Shown here: positions 25,579-38,545 of the stretch, in pieces
How positions within the stretch are numbered: position 1 is the first letter of the stretch
How the letters are laid out: every line of letters starts with the position of its first letter
NCBI GenBank assembly: GCA_964304625.1
Contig: OZ199839.1
Span: forward strand, 2,234,093-2,298,092
Direction of reading: 5' to 3'
Source: Kudoa neothunni
Lineage: Eukaryota; Animalia; Cnidaria
Length of the DNA stretch: 64,000 nt
Translations under genes and position numbers: made by a program
The notes under the pieces: generated by a model
What the model saw: the letters and a program-made list of their open reading frames with translations, nothing else
The model's database searches: none
What the model was told of the DNA's origin: nothing

Positions 25579-26806
25579 CTAAGAAGAAATTTTTAAGTGA
25601 TATTGGCAAAAATTGTTTGACGTACAATAGATACAGGCAGGAGTTGCAAGCGTGTCCAATTTGACATCATTACTCGAGATGAAATTGTTGATATTATCGT
25701 TTTGGTGAGTAAGAAGCTTGCTAGCACGATATAAATAAGGAGGTTGAATAGATTTTTGGGAGAGATTTTTTTTATCAACTTTTCTCTCTAGATAGCCATC
25801 AAAAAATAAAATCTCGAGCAATGTGCCAATGTCAGGTTCGCCAATATTTTTCTATAACACATACAACGATCAGCGGAATCACCAACAATAACCAACCTGA
25901 TTCAACGACAAACTATGATCAAGATGAGAGAAAATTTCATTCACTCCATGATAGATTGGAGCATATTTTGGAATGCTGGAGTTGATTTTCGAAGAATGAT
26001 AGGCACTGTTTTTGTCTGACTCGATAAAAAAATTTTTAATTTGAGACATCAGTACATCCAGAAGGCTTTTGTCAATGTTACCATCCTTGAAAAGGGGATT
26101 TTTCTCACATACAACTTCGCTGGAATATTGTATGAGAACATAGGATTTAACTCTACTCTAGATGAGACGCATTATAAATTTGTGTTAGCGCCTTGGTCTG
26201 TCCCATACTTCATTTGGGTTGAAACCAGAAATGGTTTTCTTTTTTTCCAAATCTTGGACAACTTTTTTGATAAGTTGAAGTTGTAGCTTTGTTTTATCCC
26301 TTATTTGTGCGATCGAAATACCTAAATGAAAAAATATCATTGATACTTCATAGTTGAGGTTGGTTACCGATATTTTCGGCTTCTTCTATTGCTGCAAAAA
26401 TTATCTTTTCTTGCAATGTATCTAGTTGGACGCTAAAAGTCAATAAATCAATCAGTTACTGTTTTTTAATAAACGTACTTTTTCGCTTCCGCAGTTGAGT
26501 CTTTCGAAGTTGGTTTTGGGGCAGATTTTTTTATTTTGTAAATCAATTCCTTGTTAGCTTGCATCAATTCGATCTTCCCCTGTAGTTGTTTTTTAAAAAT
26601 AATACTCCAACCAAAACAATTATGCTCAAATTTACACTAGAGAGTAGCGAATTCAATGCTTGAACCCGCTGATTCATAAGAACATTCGATAAATGTTGTT
26701 GTAGAATTGAATTGGTAATCCCATCGGGACCAGCTTGTGTACATAAATCTATAATTTTTTTGACCACCACAGTGGTATCTAATGCAGCTTGTGGTTCTTG
26801 TTTCAT
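25579..26806 (-). CDS. POLR3F: RNA polymerase III subunit RPC6/C34, multi-exon
   Basis: IIDLCTQAGPDGITNSILQQHL...QRVQALNSLLS, QEKIIFAAIEEAENIGI, LIKKVVQDLEKRK, DIGTLLEILFFDGYLE, LYRA, and C-terminal CxxC-x5-C. Confidence 0.88.
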
Positions 26807-26850
26807 CTATTATCGACCGGTAAATCGATTTATGCTTTATAATAGGTGAT

Positions 26851-26862
26851 CGCGCGTGCGTA
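26851..26862. promoter_or_regulatory. NRF1-like element CGCGCGTGCGTA upstream of POLR3F
   Basis: 45 nt upstream of the ATG, in a 150-bp intergenic gap. Confidence 0.5.
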
Positions 26863-26956
26863 TTATATAACGACAAAAATTAAATTAGTTTGGAATCATT
26901 TGTAACAAAAATACATACAAATCTCTAAAAAATTCCATAATTAACATAAGACCATT

Positions 26957-29900
26957 TTATTTAAATGAGGTCATCTTTTTTGTTAATATCGATTTTTCGA
27001 GTTGGGCTTTGATTTGTCGCTCATCATCTAACATTTTTTCTAAAACACTTTGAGCCGCGTTAAGTTTTTTATTCAGTTTATCAGTGTAACGCTTGTCCCT
27101 AAAATATCAATTAGATTGAGAGGATGAGTGGATCACAACTGGGAATTTCTTTTTATCGAATTCCTAAGAGCAACTATCTCGTTTGTTTGCTCCTTTATAT
27201 CTTCGCTGATTTGATAAGCCTATAAGAAAAAGATTTTAGAATAGTACTTTACGAATTAATAAGTGGAATATTTTTAATACCTGTAGATTTAAATTTTTGG
27301 AATTCTTATCAAGTCGATACTTGAATAGTGGGGGATAATGAGTGGATTTACCTAAATTTCGCAATATAGAAGAAAAAATAGTTGTCAATAATTTGGTAGG
27401 ATACTAAAAAATGGGTTTACTGGTGTTGCTAACCATATCAACCCTTTGAGGACAACCATAGGCTCCACGAGCCCATCTTTCTATTATTTTTTGAATAATT
27501 TTTAGCAATAAGCCTGTTATATTATATGTATTTTCGCCAGAATTTCGTCTAATATTTAAAAAACTACTTTTTATCGAATAATGTAATGGAATGGATAAAA
27601 GTTGCAATGAGAATACTCAAAATGTAACGAACTTGACAACAAAATAATATAAAAGTAAAAGTTGCATGCGGAACTTATGGTTGTCCTCAAAGGGTTCAAG
27701 TGGATATGGTATTGAATAAATTGATTTTTTGTGTTAAATGTCAATTAGTGGTACTAATCCTTAGCTCTTTACGATCATTGCAAAATAACAAAAATATCCC
27801 CTTTAATAAAATACAACAAGGCCATATTCTAACTTGATATTCAATTATAAGTTCTTATAATTGCTTAAAGAAAGAAAATCTCTTAAATCTTATGTTCGAG
27901 TCGAATTTATAATATTTATTAATTTTCAATTTATTTGAGAAATAATATTAACAAAATCGATACTTATTTTCAAGGAACCCTGTGTACTTTAATATTGTAT
28001 GTTAATTTTTATTAATCTAATTATTAGCTATTTAATTTTAAAAATAAAATCGAATCTCGATTATCCGGAAAGAAAATCGCTAATCCAAAATTCTCCGGAT
28101 AATCGAGGTTAGACTGTAAATTCTAGGAAAAAATTCGGCATCAATGAAGTTATATGAATATTATCAACAAAATTTTTGAATGTACATCATCAATTAACCC
28201 TTCCGGGACCAACCAATTTGAAAAACCGTGTGTGCCCAAGCAATGGAAAAATATAACTTAAACTTAGCTAAATTACATCAAACTCGTATATTTAAAAGTA
28301 AACATAATAATGAATTTATTTATTTATATTACAATTATTTTGTATTTTCTTGAGTGTCAACAAATATCTAAATTTTTGTGATTCGGTAGGTCACGAAGAT
28401 TTCATTTGAATGAGCACATTATATACTTTGATATGCGCATATATTGTTAACGCGTACAAAATTTAATTTTCGATTAAAACCAAAGATATTATGGGATCAA
28501 TAATTAGAAAGTAAATGGGAAATAACATCACACAGCACTTGGACGTTTTATCGGTAACACTCGGCTGTCACGTGGCGGTGAATGACTGATTTTAAGATTA
28601 AGAAATTCAACATATCTTTTAAATTAAACAAACTTCATTATATTTTTAAGGACATTTTTTGGCTTAAAATTAAATATTCTTTCATATCAAGGGCTATAAA
28701 TAATCATGACCGAACTCAAATGATACGATGTCATTAGAGTTTAAAAATCCGCTTAATTAATATTTAGAGAATAACGCTTCGTTAACCTACAAATTTCAAA
28801 ACATCATTCCAGTCCAGGTGATCAGAAAAACATTGAAGTAGTCTTAAACATAATTTTAATTATTTTTTGAGAAACACAAATTCAATTTGTTAGGAAAAGC
28901 AACAAAACGTAGGAGATCAATCGGATTAGTTATCGTTAATCTATAGCGGCAATCTTCTGAGATTTTTGTCGTTATTTTCATACACATGTAATGTTAAAAT
29001 GAAATATATTTTCATTTATTTCACTAAAATTAATATTTATAAAATAAATAATTGAGGTTAAGAATATTTATAATTTCATTCAATCAAAGTATTGTGTTTT
29101 ATGAGTATTCGAAAAATTTTAACATCGACAGAGACCGATTTTTAGAGTTATGATCAAAACGACGTATCTTGGGGTCTCGGCAGACTCCGCTTGGTCCCGC
29201 AAGGGTTAAGTGGTATTCTTGTATTATATAGAAACTTTAATTCAAGATTATAAAAAAATATCCGTTTTTATATCTGGATTTAAACTTATCCATTTAAAAA
29301 TTCGGACTAAGCTAAGGCTAAAGAATAATACGAATTTGTAAAAGAACACAGATTTATGTTATTACGAAATATGTTGTATAGGTTTTTAATGTGAATACGG
29401 TGACGCATAAATTTGATTAAATAAAGAAAAAATAGACTCAGATGCTTTTTTTAAAAAACAATTACAAGTTGGCATTTAAAAATAGAAGATGCGTAAGTTG
29501 GAAATATAACTTTAATATTTATTGAAAATATTTCCGAAATATCATTTCATAGATTTTTATGTTCAAGTATAACAAAAAAACGAAAAATACTAGTTAATTA
29601 ATTGCACAAAAAATCTAGAGTTAAAATAAAATTTGTTATCGTGTTGAAACCACAATATGCAATTATAACATAAGATCGTTAATTTAAAAATTGTTATTTG
29701 TGGTATATAAAATTATAAAATTATTTTATGAATTCCAATCAGAATATTAGAAACAAAATTTCTTATTAAATGTCGCGCGCGCGACTAATTAACCATACTA
29801 CATTGATACTTAACTTGGAGTTTTTCATTTGTGCATACGCATTTAAAAATGATTTATTTCAACGAAACTAGTTTATACGGATGATTTTTTTATCATAAAA

Positions 29901-32900
29901 TTCATAGATTTTTACATTTTCCTGTAATTATACAATTTTTTAAAAACTTAAGTTTAATAAAAAGATAATGTGAGGTTATGGTTATAATTAGTAACGAATA
30001 ATTAAATTTTGTATAGAACCAAAATAATTTCAATTTTCCGTAAAAAAGGGAATACCTCAATGAAATTAAATTACGCATGCGCATATTTTATAATACAATT
30101 CAACTTCACTAGGCCTATTGTTTGAAAATTCATTGTTGACAATAACCATTAAAACGATAAACAATACCAATTTTAATTTACTTTTTTTCGAAATAAAAAT
30201 ATCCACAGAATAGATTTCGAAAATCACCATCCAAGGGTGTGAATTTTCATGATTGAGGATTATGCATGATTATGATCGCGCAGATTAAATGGTACTTTAA
30301 CCCTTAACGGCAAACCTTGTGTTTCACGTGACCGGCTCTTTATTATTTTGTTGTAGAAATTGTTATATTTTGTTTAATTTCACCATAAGTTTAATCAATT
30401 TGACTATATCAGTCGATACGTAATATGGATTTTAAAATTAATGAAATTCTGGAGTAAATACACAAATTATAACAATATTAACAACAGAATTTAGGAACAA
30501 AATGATAATTAAAATTTAACCTTTAAGAGCTAACCTTTGACTCTTAAAGGTTAATAAGATAAATCCACGCCACATATTACCAATACAAATAAAATCATAC
30601 CAGCTTTTGACATTTTAGTCATGTTATTTATAACATTAATCACTTTGTTCTATGCGAAACAATAAGCACATGTAGTGAGAGATATAATTGTTCATTGCAA
30701 TACCTTTTTAGCAATAGATGGTTTTAGCGCGCTTTTCTCATTCAATATGGGATTCAAATTTTTCAGGCGTCCACTAGCTTTCATTTTCATAAACAAATCC
30801 AACGATGTACCTAAATATAGCGCAACAAAGATATAATGATACTAAATCGACAGTAATAACTCACAGACCTTTAGGGGCCTTGTGCACGTGAACGGGTTCG
30901 GTGACGCCTTGCAAACTTTTTCCTAGTCCTTTTCTATATTTGATTGATTTAAATTGAGTAGTTTTATTTAATACCCAGGAATGTAACCCATTTTTTGCAT
31001 CATTTTTGCGGCAAAACTCTAAATTTGGGATTTTTTATTAACATTGAGAGAGGATTAAAGAATGAATACGGCTGTTGAAGAATCGGTAGGAAATGAAGGC
31101 ATTTCAGTTAAGTTAGGCTCCTCATATTTAAACGAATTGTAGTGAGGATCATTGGGCAATTTTTTCTCGGTTGTATCTTCATTTTCGTCCTACATTGAGG
31201 CGTTATTGGCTTAAATATTTATAATAGCGGCAGGTGAGTCGTGTCAACAAAATGGGTTGATTATTTTCCTCGGTAACCAGATGAAAATAAAAGAAACAAT
31301 ATAGGTTTGGACTCGATTTTTTAAAAAAATCATAATTGGCTTCTCTGCTTGGATTTATTATGACTAAGCAACTTTGAACATTTAGAAAAAATATTTCAAT
31401 TTCCAAATAGTATTTTATTCTTAACCAATCGTAGACTGATTCGATTTTATTTTTCTCAAAATGTAATTAAATGTTGTGGCTATCAGTCACTATATATGTA
31501 GATACTAAATATAATCACTGAATACACAATCTCAACTGTTAACCTTAACACGGCAACCTATGGGTTATATACAGTTTATTTTTAAAGTGAGCTAAAGAAT
31601 AGACATTTCCCTAATTAATGTTTAAATTCATAGGCTAAATTTAAAAAAGTTGAATTATCTGTGATATCTTTTTCAAAACTATCAACAATAAATGCCGATA
31701 AAGTTATCTGGTGAAAAAAGTTCTTTTCACTATTTATTTCATTTAATTTATTTTCAACAAGATCTTAAGTTGGATTATCAGAAAATTAAAAGTTTATTGT
31801 TGAGAAACGCTTGATCTAACTTATCAATTTAATTTAACTTTAATAAAGTAATGAGACCTTGGGTAGAACAAACTCGTCTGCCGCTTATCAAGTATTTTAA
31901 ATTAATCATTTACAATGAAAAACCACATCAAATCTTTCTCCAGCAAAATAGGTTCATTAGTCGCTTTACTATTTAGATCGACTTGAATTATTTCCCCAAA
32001 AACGTCGCTATTTTTAATCATAGATATCAACAACGTTCAAAAATATTTGTACGTTATACGACCTTTTTCCCATAAACCTTCATCAGATACTTTCACTAAA
32101 CAGCTTTTGTTTCTATCACTAATTCACAGTGAAAGAGATTAGACGACCACACACTCTTACATTGAAGAAAAATATTCTGTTGGTAGTTGTTTTAGAAGAT
32201 TATTTTGTATTAGTGTGCCGTGAGAAAATCTATTTGAAAAATAGCAAAAATTTGTGACCCATAATTTGAGAACTTGCAGCTGAAGTTGTTATTGCAATTC
32301 TCGGCAAGAAATTGCTCGCAAGGAACCATGTCACGATAGCAGGGATGTGTGTAAATGATCATTGAATATTCCTGTTCAACCGGAATTTGTCATGATAACT
32401 TAACTTAATACGAAGTTAATTCTACCTCGTTACCGCCATCAATAATAACAGCAGTGTGATATTCAGGTAGACCGAAACCCTACCAAACACAAACACACAT
32501 AAATACAGGTAAACACATAAAGCCTCATTCTATTCAATAAAAACCTTGTCATAAGGAGCCAATACCAACCGAAATTCCTCTTCGTTTGGTTCCTCATTTT
32601 CGTCTTCGTCGTCGCTTTTGATATAAATAGGAGAATCCCTACCAACTGATTCAATTGATTAGTCGTTTCTCGAAAAGCTTCCAATGATCCTAATAATCTA
32701 TTCTTTTTGATTTCTAACAATTTTTCTATTTTTATTTATCAATCATAATTATGGTTATGACAAAATTGTACGTGTGTATACCTTCAGTAGTGGCTAATAA
32801 CGTTTTTATAGAATTCTGCAATTCTACAAGCTCAACTACACTCTCGCTATTAGAATCACAATTTTCTAACATTATATCCAGATTTTTCAACTAATCCAAA

Positions 32901-32982
32901 TTATTTTAATACAACATCAGAATAATCCATGAACGACTTGTTCATTATAGTAAGTGATGTCGTTTTCGAGCTTTTCTTCCAT
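26957..32982 (-). CDS. ZGPAT: Zinc finger CCCH-type with G-patch domain protein, multi-exon
   Basis: N-term MEEKLENDITYYNEQLKNLD...LVELQNSIKTLLATTE...EIKKNRLLGSL; CCCH finger HPCYRDMVPCEQFLAENCNNNFSCKFSHG; Tudor-like CLVKVSDEGLWEKGRI; G-patch FAAKMMQKMGYIPGKGLGKSLQGVTEPVHVHKAPKGTSLD; C-term ...LEKSILTKKMTSFK (human KKMTEF). Long introns at 27352-30600 and about 31190-31860. Confidence 0.9.
27442..27694. mobile_element. 253-bp piggyBac-like MITE in the ZGPAT intron
   Basis: 19-bp perfect TIR CCCTTTGAGGACAACCATA, extending imperfectly to about 31 bp; flanks TCAA / TTCA. Confidence 0.85.
28047..28116. mobile_element. 70-bp Tigger/pogo-type micro-MITE
   Basis: TA|AAATCGAATCTCGATTATCCGGA ... TCCGGATAATCGAGGTTAGACTG|TA. 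Confidence 0.75.
28198..29205. mobile_element. Non-autonomous piggyBac-like element in the ZGPAT intron
   Basis: TTAA|CCCTTCCGGGACCAA ... TTGGTCCCGCAAGGG|TTAA; 14/15 TIR match. Confidence 0.9.
30520..30550. repeat. 31-bp TTAA-flanked palindromic piggyBac-like micro-element
   Basis: TTAA|CCTTTAAGAG-CTAACCTTTGA-CTCTTAAAGG|TTAA. Confidence 0.7.
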
Positions 32983-33080
32983 TTTATAACTTTAATAAAT
33001 ATCTATCAATTTATAACTGAATTTGTTGGGTCGTTATATGCTATAAGTTTATATAAGATGAACTATAGGCGTTTTATTCA

Positions 33081-33092
33081 TACGCATGCGCA
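33081..33092. promoter_or_regulatory. NRF1-like element TACGCATGCGCA upstream of ZGPAT
   Basis: 99 nt upstream of the ATG at 32982. Confidence 0.55.
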
Positions 33093-35120
33093 TAGCTTAT
33101 CATGTGTATCTTAACTGCTTTCTCTTATAAATCGAATACATTTTATGTGTAATTAATCACCTTATAATTGAAAAATATGAATATATAATTTTATAATGTT
33201 AAGATACAGCCAGATTCAATTTGCCCATTTTCATTAATACCTAGCTGCGCTGAAAATTTTTAATATTAAAACAGATATGAATTCATAATTAAAAATTGAA
33301 TATTTCTAATATAATATAAAAATTTGTATATTGTTATGAGTTCTAATTCGGAAAAGTAAAACACTTTTAAAATGAGTAATTCCTCGGTTAGTTTTGAATA
33401 TAATTACTATTTAGATTAAAATGAAATAAAGCTTTTCTTTTTATTTTATATGTAATACAATGCAAAATTATTACTGTCTTTAAACTTTAATGTCTTATGT
33501 TCATTTGAAATTCGAATGAACAAACGAAAAAATTGCATCACTGCGGGCTCTATTTTAAGTATTTTATCAAAAATTGATTGAAAATATTAAAGTTATTCTT
33601 ATCTGTTTAGAGAAATAAAAAATAATTATAATGAATTATAACGTTGGAATGTTCATACCAATTTTCAAGTAATGTCATTTAAAACAGTTGAATATATCAC
33701 GTTGTATAATCGCATATATTTTCTATAGAGATTTTTGTTGAAATATTATTCGTCATAGTCTAAAAATATTAATTTGTATATTTAAAAAGTTGGCAAATTA
33801 TTATTATTAAAATGTTATACATAAATTATTGGTATATATTATTTAATAATCATTATTGTCGTTATTTATAATTATATAGTATATCTATTCCAAGAATAAA
33901 ATTATATATACTAATACTCAATTATTTGTACGAAAATATTAATAGCTTCAGCTCCAAATATTTTTAGATTTGGAATAGTTTTGAAAATGAGAAGTGGACA
34001 TCAAATGTTTGCGCGCGCAGCAATATTTTTCCAATGAATTTTAAACACATCGTGAATTTTTATACGTGGTTAAGATACAAACGAAAAGGATTTTAATTTA
34101 ATTTCCATATTTTCGTGTAATTTGATGGTAATGGCTCATAAATTTTTTGTTTTGAGAATTTTAACTTTTTAAAATGTTATAAATAATTATTTCACGTAAT
34201 ATGTTATCTTCAGAGGGAAAATAAAAAATTTGGGAATGAAGGGATTGATTGAAGTTTCTTTAGTAAATCGTTAGAAGAAATATACATTAACCAATATAAG
34301 ATTTCAATAAGTGAAAAACGCAACTATTTAGGTAATTTTACTATTTAATAAAAAACTCTAAAAATAATATTGAAAAATGAATCCCCATCTATAGAGAAAT
34401 ATTATCAAAAATACTAACTACACAAAAATTTTCATTTTTTGATTAATTATTTAAAAAATATAAAATTCTGGTGTTTTTTAAAATATTTGTTAGCAAATTT
34501 AAGTTAAAATTCCTTTTATATATTTTGAGTAGCTTGAGGTGTTTATAACTCGCGAATCGTATTAAACTTAAATCAAAATCGTATTGATCTAATAAATGCA
34601 TACTATTTTAAGATTGATTCGATTTTAGACAGAGACTGTTTTTCTACGAATTAAGAGCACCTTTTGCAATGTTTTTTCTTAGTATGGTGATTTTATAATT
34701 ATATGCCGCTGACATCTATGAAATATAATAATTATAATATTTTTGATAAATATAAAAAGTAATATTTTATGCAATTATTAAATCCTACTAAAAATATGAT
34801 GCGCATTTATCGACTTAATACTAACAAATAATAAATCTTATAGTAAACGGTCGATAAGAATATTTTATAACTCTGAAATATTTATTATAAATATGGCTTT
34901 AAATTACATATTTAAAAACCGAATCCGTACAAAGTATCAGACAAATTTTAGCATATCGATAAAGACGTAAAGTGTCAAATATTTATTTTGAGCAAACAAA
35001 CAAACCAACTAAGCTTAGAATTAATTTCAAATATGTCATTTATTGAAGAAAGAAGGACAATACAATAAAAAACTAAATTAAACTATTTCAAATAGAAAAG
35101 TACATATATAACAACGTGCC

Positions 35121-35857
35121 CTAAGAAGACGATTTGATTATTCTCGCAATTTGATTAGCCAACTCCAACAATCTACATTGGTATTGCAGCCACAATCCTT
35201 AAGTATGAAGATGAATATGAATATGAGTGTGATAAATAAAATTAAGTAGAATTGGCATCTTACCTAAGTTAGTATTTTTTTCACAGATCACAACCACTGT
35301 TGCCTCCCCACTGAATATAATCATCTAAATCGGAAAATTTTTTTAAAACAAACAACCATTGATCCTAATACAAGTGCAAAAATATACTTACATCAACATC
35401 TCGTAGGAATATTAATGAATATTCATGATCTCCATAACCTATTCGATCTGCCTAAACAAGTTAAAATATTAACCAATACTAAGAAGAATCATATACAAAA
35501 TCTCCTAATGCAGTTATCCCCCGTAAATGGGCCACATTTTCTGATGTGAATGCATTTGGTTTTTGTGCTAAATTAGTTTGTCATTTGTTTTAATTTTTTA
35601 CTGGACAATTGTTCAATTAACCTTGAAAAATGGCGCATCCTTCAGAATTCAAACAAAAAATCCCCCTTGTCCCTGGCACGCTAAACAATCACTATAGCAA
35701 GAATACCATAATGAAAGGTTTCTAACGTTGACAACAGTTGTTCCGCGAATTGTTTAGTTTTCTGAATTAAGTGTTTATAAATTTTTTTACAAAAAAGACT
35801 AATTGTAGAATTCACTTCAGGCTTGTTGAAAACCTTTGGAATCGGTGCGTTTTTCAT
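35121..35857 (-). CDS. LAMTOR3: Ragulator complex subunit LAMTOR3 (MP1), roadblock fold, about 7 short exons
   Basis: Spliced: MKNAPIPKVFNKPE|KTKQFAEQLLST|VPGTRGIFCLNSEGCAIFQ|AQKPNAF...ALGDF|ADRIGYGDHEYSLIFLRDVD|MIIFSGEATVVVICEKNTNL|GLWLQYQCRLLELANQIARIIKSSS; aligns by eye end to end with human MP1. Confidence 0.75.
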
Positions 35858-35866
35858 GTGTATTCA

Positions 35867-35877
35867 GTGCATGCGCG
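35867..35877. promoter_or_regulatory. NRF1-like element GTGCATGCGCG upstream of LAMTOR3
   Basis: 10 nt upstream of the inferred ATG. Confidence 0.45.
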
Positions 35878-35894
35878 AAATATATTTGGTTTAA

Positions 35895-36650
35895 TCTTCT
35901 AACTAGTTGAAAAATTTACGCCCTCCAAATAAAAGTCAGCATCGATTGAAAAAATACGTGCAAATTTTGAATAAATTATTAAAATTAATTTCTTTGTACA
36001 CAGGCTCACACATTTATTTTGTTATGTTTCTTTGGAATTAATATTTAATTCAAGTTTTGAATAGCTTCCAATTAACTTACCTTATTCTAAACAACGCGAA
36101 GCAATGTTTCGAAGAAAAACACAGAATGCTGGCTAAAAGTGATTATTTCATAAAATAGATATCACATATGTTTTTAAACGCTTTTTACAACACAAAACTA
36201 AGAAAATTAATTAGAATTTGGCATATTTTGAATAAGTAGCACAAGAATTATCAGAATATGAGACATTATCACTGTATATAGGAGGAAATCATATGCTTAT
36301 ATTAGCAATGCGCATGCGGGTAGCTATCATCTGCATACTTGTTGTTTATTTATTCAATATTTAATCTATAGAATTTTCTTAAATTTTCAAAAATTTCTCA
36401 TATCGATATTTTAAATAATTCTATGAAAGAAAAGTGCGAGGTGGATTTCTAGCCCAATTATATTTTAGGAATATTTGTACATTAATTTTGTTGATAAATT
36501 TTTAAAATAAAAATTATTATTTATTTTCCTGAGAGCCTTCGAAAGGAGAGAATATTACTAAAACTGGATAGAAACTATGTTCCAATAATACGATATATTT
36601 TTTTTTCAAATTCATTTGGGGTAGAATTCTACCATATTAAACTTAGAGGG
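35895..36650 (-). mobile_element. piggyBac-like MITE, copy A
   Basis: TTAA|TCTTCTAA ... TTAGAGGG|TTAA; homologous in inverted orientation to 38546-39527. Confidence 0.85.
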
Positions 36651-37571
36651 TTAAAGAGCAATATTATTATTGCTCTTTATTATGGGAATTAGAAATAAAA
36701 ATTTTGTTAGACACATTCATTTCTGGTTCATTACAATGTCACCTTTGGGATTATATCCAAGGTGATGATCCTAATTCTTAAAAAATATTCTATATTATAA
36801 ATAAAATATTTAAATTTTTATAATCCTTGAAAGATCAATGATCCTTTCGAATAAAGTGAAAACCTGGTCAGCGGTTTTTCGAACACGTGAACCTGAGTAT
36901 AAAACTGTCGAGATTTTTGAATCGAAGTGGTCATAAAAAATTCCGAAATTTAAGCATCAAAGGTTAACTTTACTTATTTTTTAATCATAAATTGTAACAT
37001 TATCTTGTTGAAAATAATTTTATAATAACTATAAGATTGTATTTAATTATCTACAAACATTTATATAATTTTATTCGTAGTATTGATATATTTCTTGTAT
37101 TTTGAATAATTGTTAATCTTCTTATTATATAAAAATATTATTAGAAAGGAAATTTAAATTTTTTTGATTCAAAGTTTCAATAGGCTAATATGCATCATTT
37201 ACATGAGCATATTAAAAATCGACCCTTTTCTAACATAAGATATTCATAAATATTTCCTAATAAATGTTATGTTATTTCAACATTATATTACACAAAAAAT
37301 TTCAAAAGTTTAGCCTTTACAGCAAACTAAATACATTTCCATTCCAACCAATACATCAATAAATCATCAATAACTACGGAAATTAATTGAAAATCAAAAC
37401 GTTAGAACTGGTTGTCGGTAAGAATTCAAAATTACTATATTTTTCCGATAATAAAATGCAATAACAACAAATCTCAGCGAAGAAATACACATTAAGTGAG
37501 TCAACTAATGAAAGTGGTGTATTGATCACACAGTTGTAAATTATAGATAATGGAACAACACCAAAGAACAT

Positions 37572-37979
37572 TTAAAGCGATTTAAGCATATTAGTAAGTT
37601 CGCCAGTATCGTAAAGTTTGAACAAACTGTCACATCCTCCAATGTGACGTTTGTTAATGAAAATATTCGGAACGGTATTTTGATTAGTTTTCTCTTTGAG
37701 AATAGCTTGAATTTGATTTCCATTCTCTTCGATAATCATACAAAAAACGTAAAAAACGTTAAAATGACCAATTACCCATGTTGTCTAATTCGAAGGCAAT
37801 GTATTTAGGATAAAGGTCATTCAACAGATTTTTCGCCTAGCCCCAAATTCTCATATAAATTAAATCTTTCATTGGTTGGATACCTTAACACAATATGGGC
37901 AGTAGGTTTTAGAGAATACAACAACATTGTTAGTATCGATAACTTTGTTGATAGCATCCAAAGAAGCATTCAACTCCAT
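37572..37979 (-). CDS. GLRX: Dithiol glutaredoxin (CPYC), 3 exons; a short N-terminal extension is possible
   Basis: MELNASLDAINKVIDTNNVVVFSKTYCPYCVK|AKNLLNDLYPKYIAFELDNM|ENGNQIQAILKEKTNQNTVPNIFINKRHIGGCDSLFKLYDTGELTNMLKSL*. Confidence 0.95.
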
Positions 37980-38269
37980 GTTAAACTTATATTTAGGACT
38001 GCAGACACACTCTGTTTGTGATTGATTGAATTTAAATAAATCTATAGTAAATTAAATACTTGACACTATGTATTTTAAGTATTCAACAAACATTAGTTTG
38101 TTTACACCACAAAATATACGATCACGTCAGGGGACTAAAAATTCAGCACCAGATAGCCGTGCGTCATTCGATCATATTAAACTTAATCCTCTTATCGAAT
38201 AACATCTTATTCCCTACTTAGATGTAATCCAATTTTATCAGATGATTATCTCCTAATTTTTTTATAATA

Positions 38270-38501
38270 CAGTGACTGATGGGTAATACTTAATCTATTC
38301 GGGATCGGAGAAAAGTGCGGTGCGAATTAGCCAGCAATGCATTTAGATTACAATCTTTTATTTAATTATTGACTAAAAATTATTTTTCAGGTGTAAAAAT
38401 TCAACTACATTAAGTTTATAAATGCATACATGAGTGATGTGTTCAACAAATCGTAAATCCTATAGGAAAAAGCAAAAGTGCGTATTAACCGTCACCCACT
38501 G
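38270..38501. mobile_element. 232-bp Tigger/pogo-type MITE
   Basis: TA|CAGTGACTGATGGGTAATAC ... GTATTAACCGTCACCCACTG|TA. Confidence 0.85.
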
Positions 38502-38545
38502 TATTCAAATAATTTGTAAGTACGGTGTAATCAGCTCTTGTTTAA

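Noticed and set aside
26957-27436. Apparent stand-alone small coiled-coil gene
   Set aside because: Its C-terminus (KKMTSF) matches ZGPAT and the phase-1 junction to the exon ending at 30601 fits, so it is treated as ZGPAT 3' exons.
31543-32230. Possible TIR pair CACGGCA / TGCCGTG
   Set aside because: The right-hand copy is ZGPAT coding sequence (FSHG of the CCCH finger).
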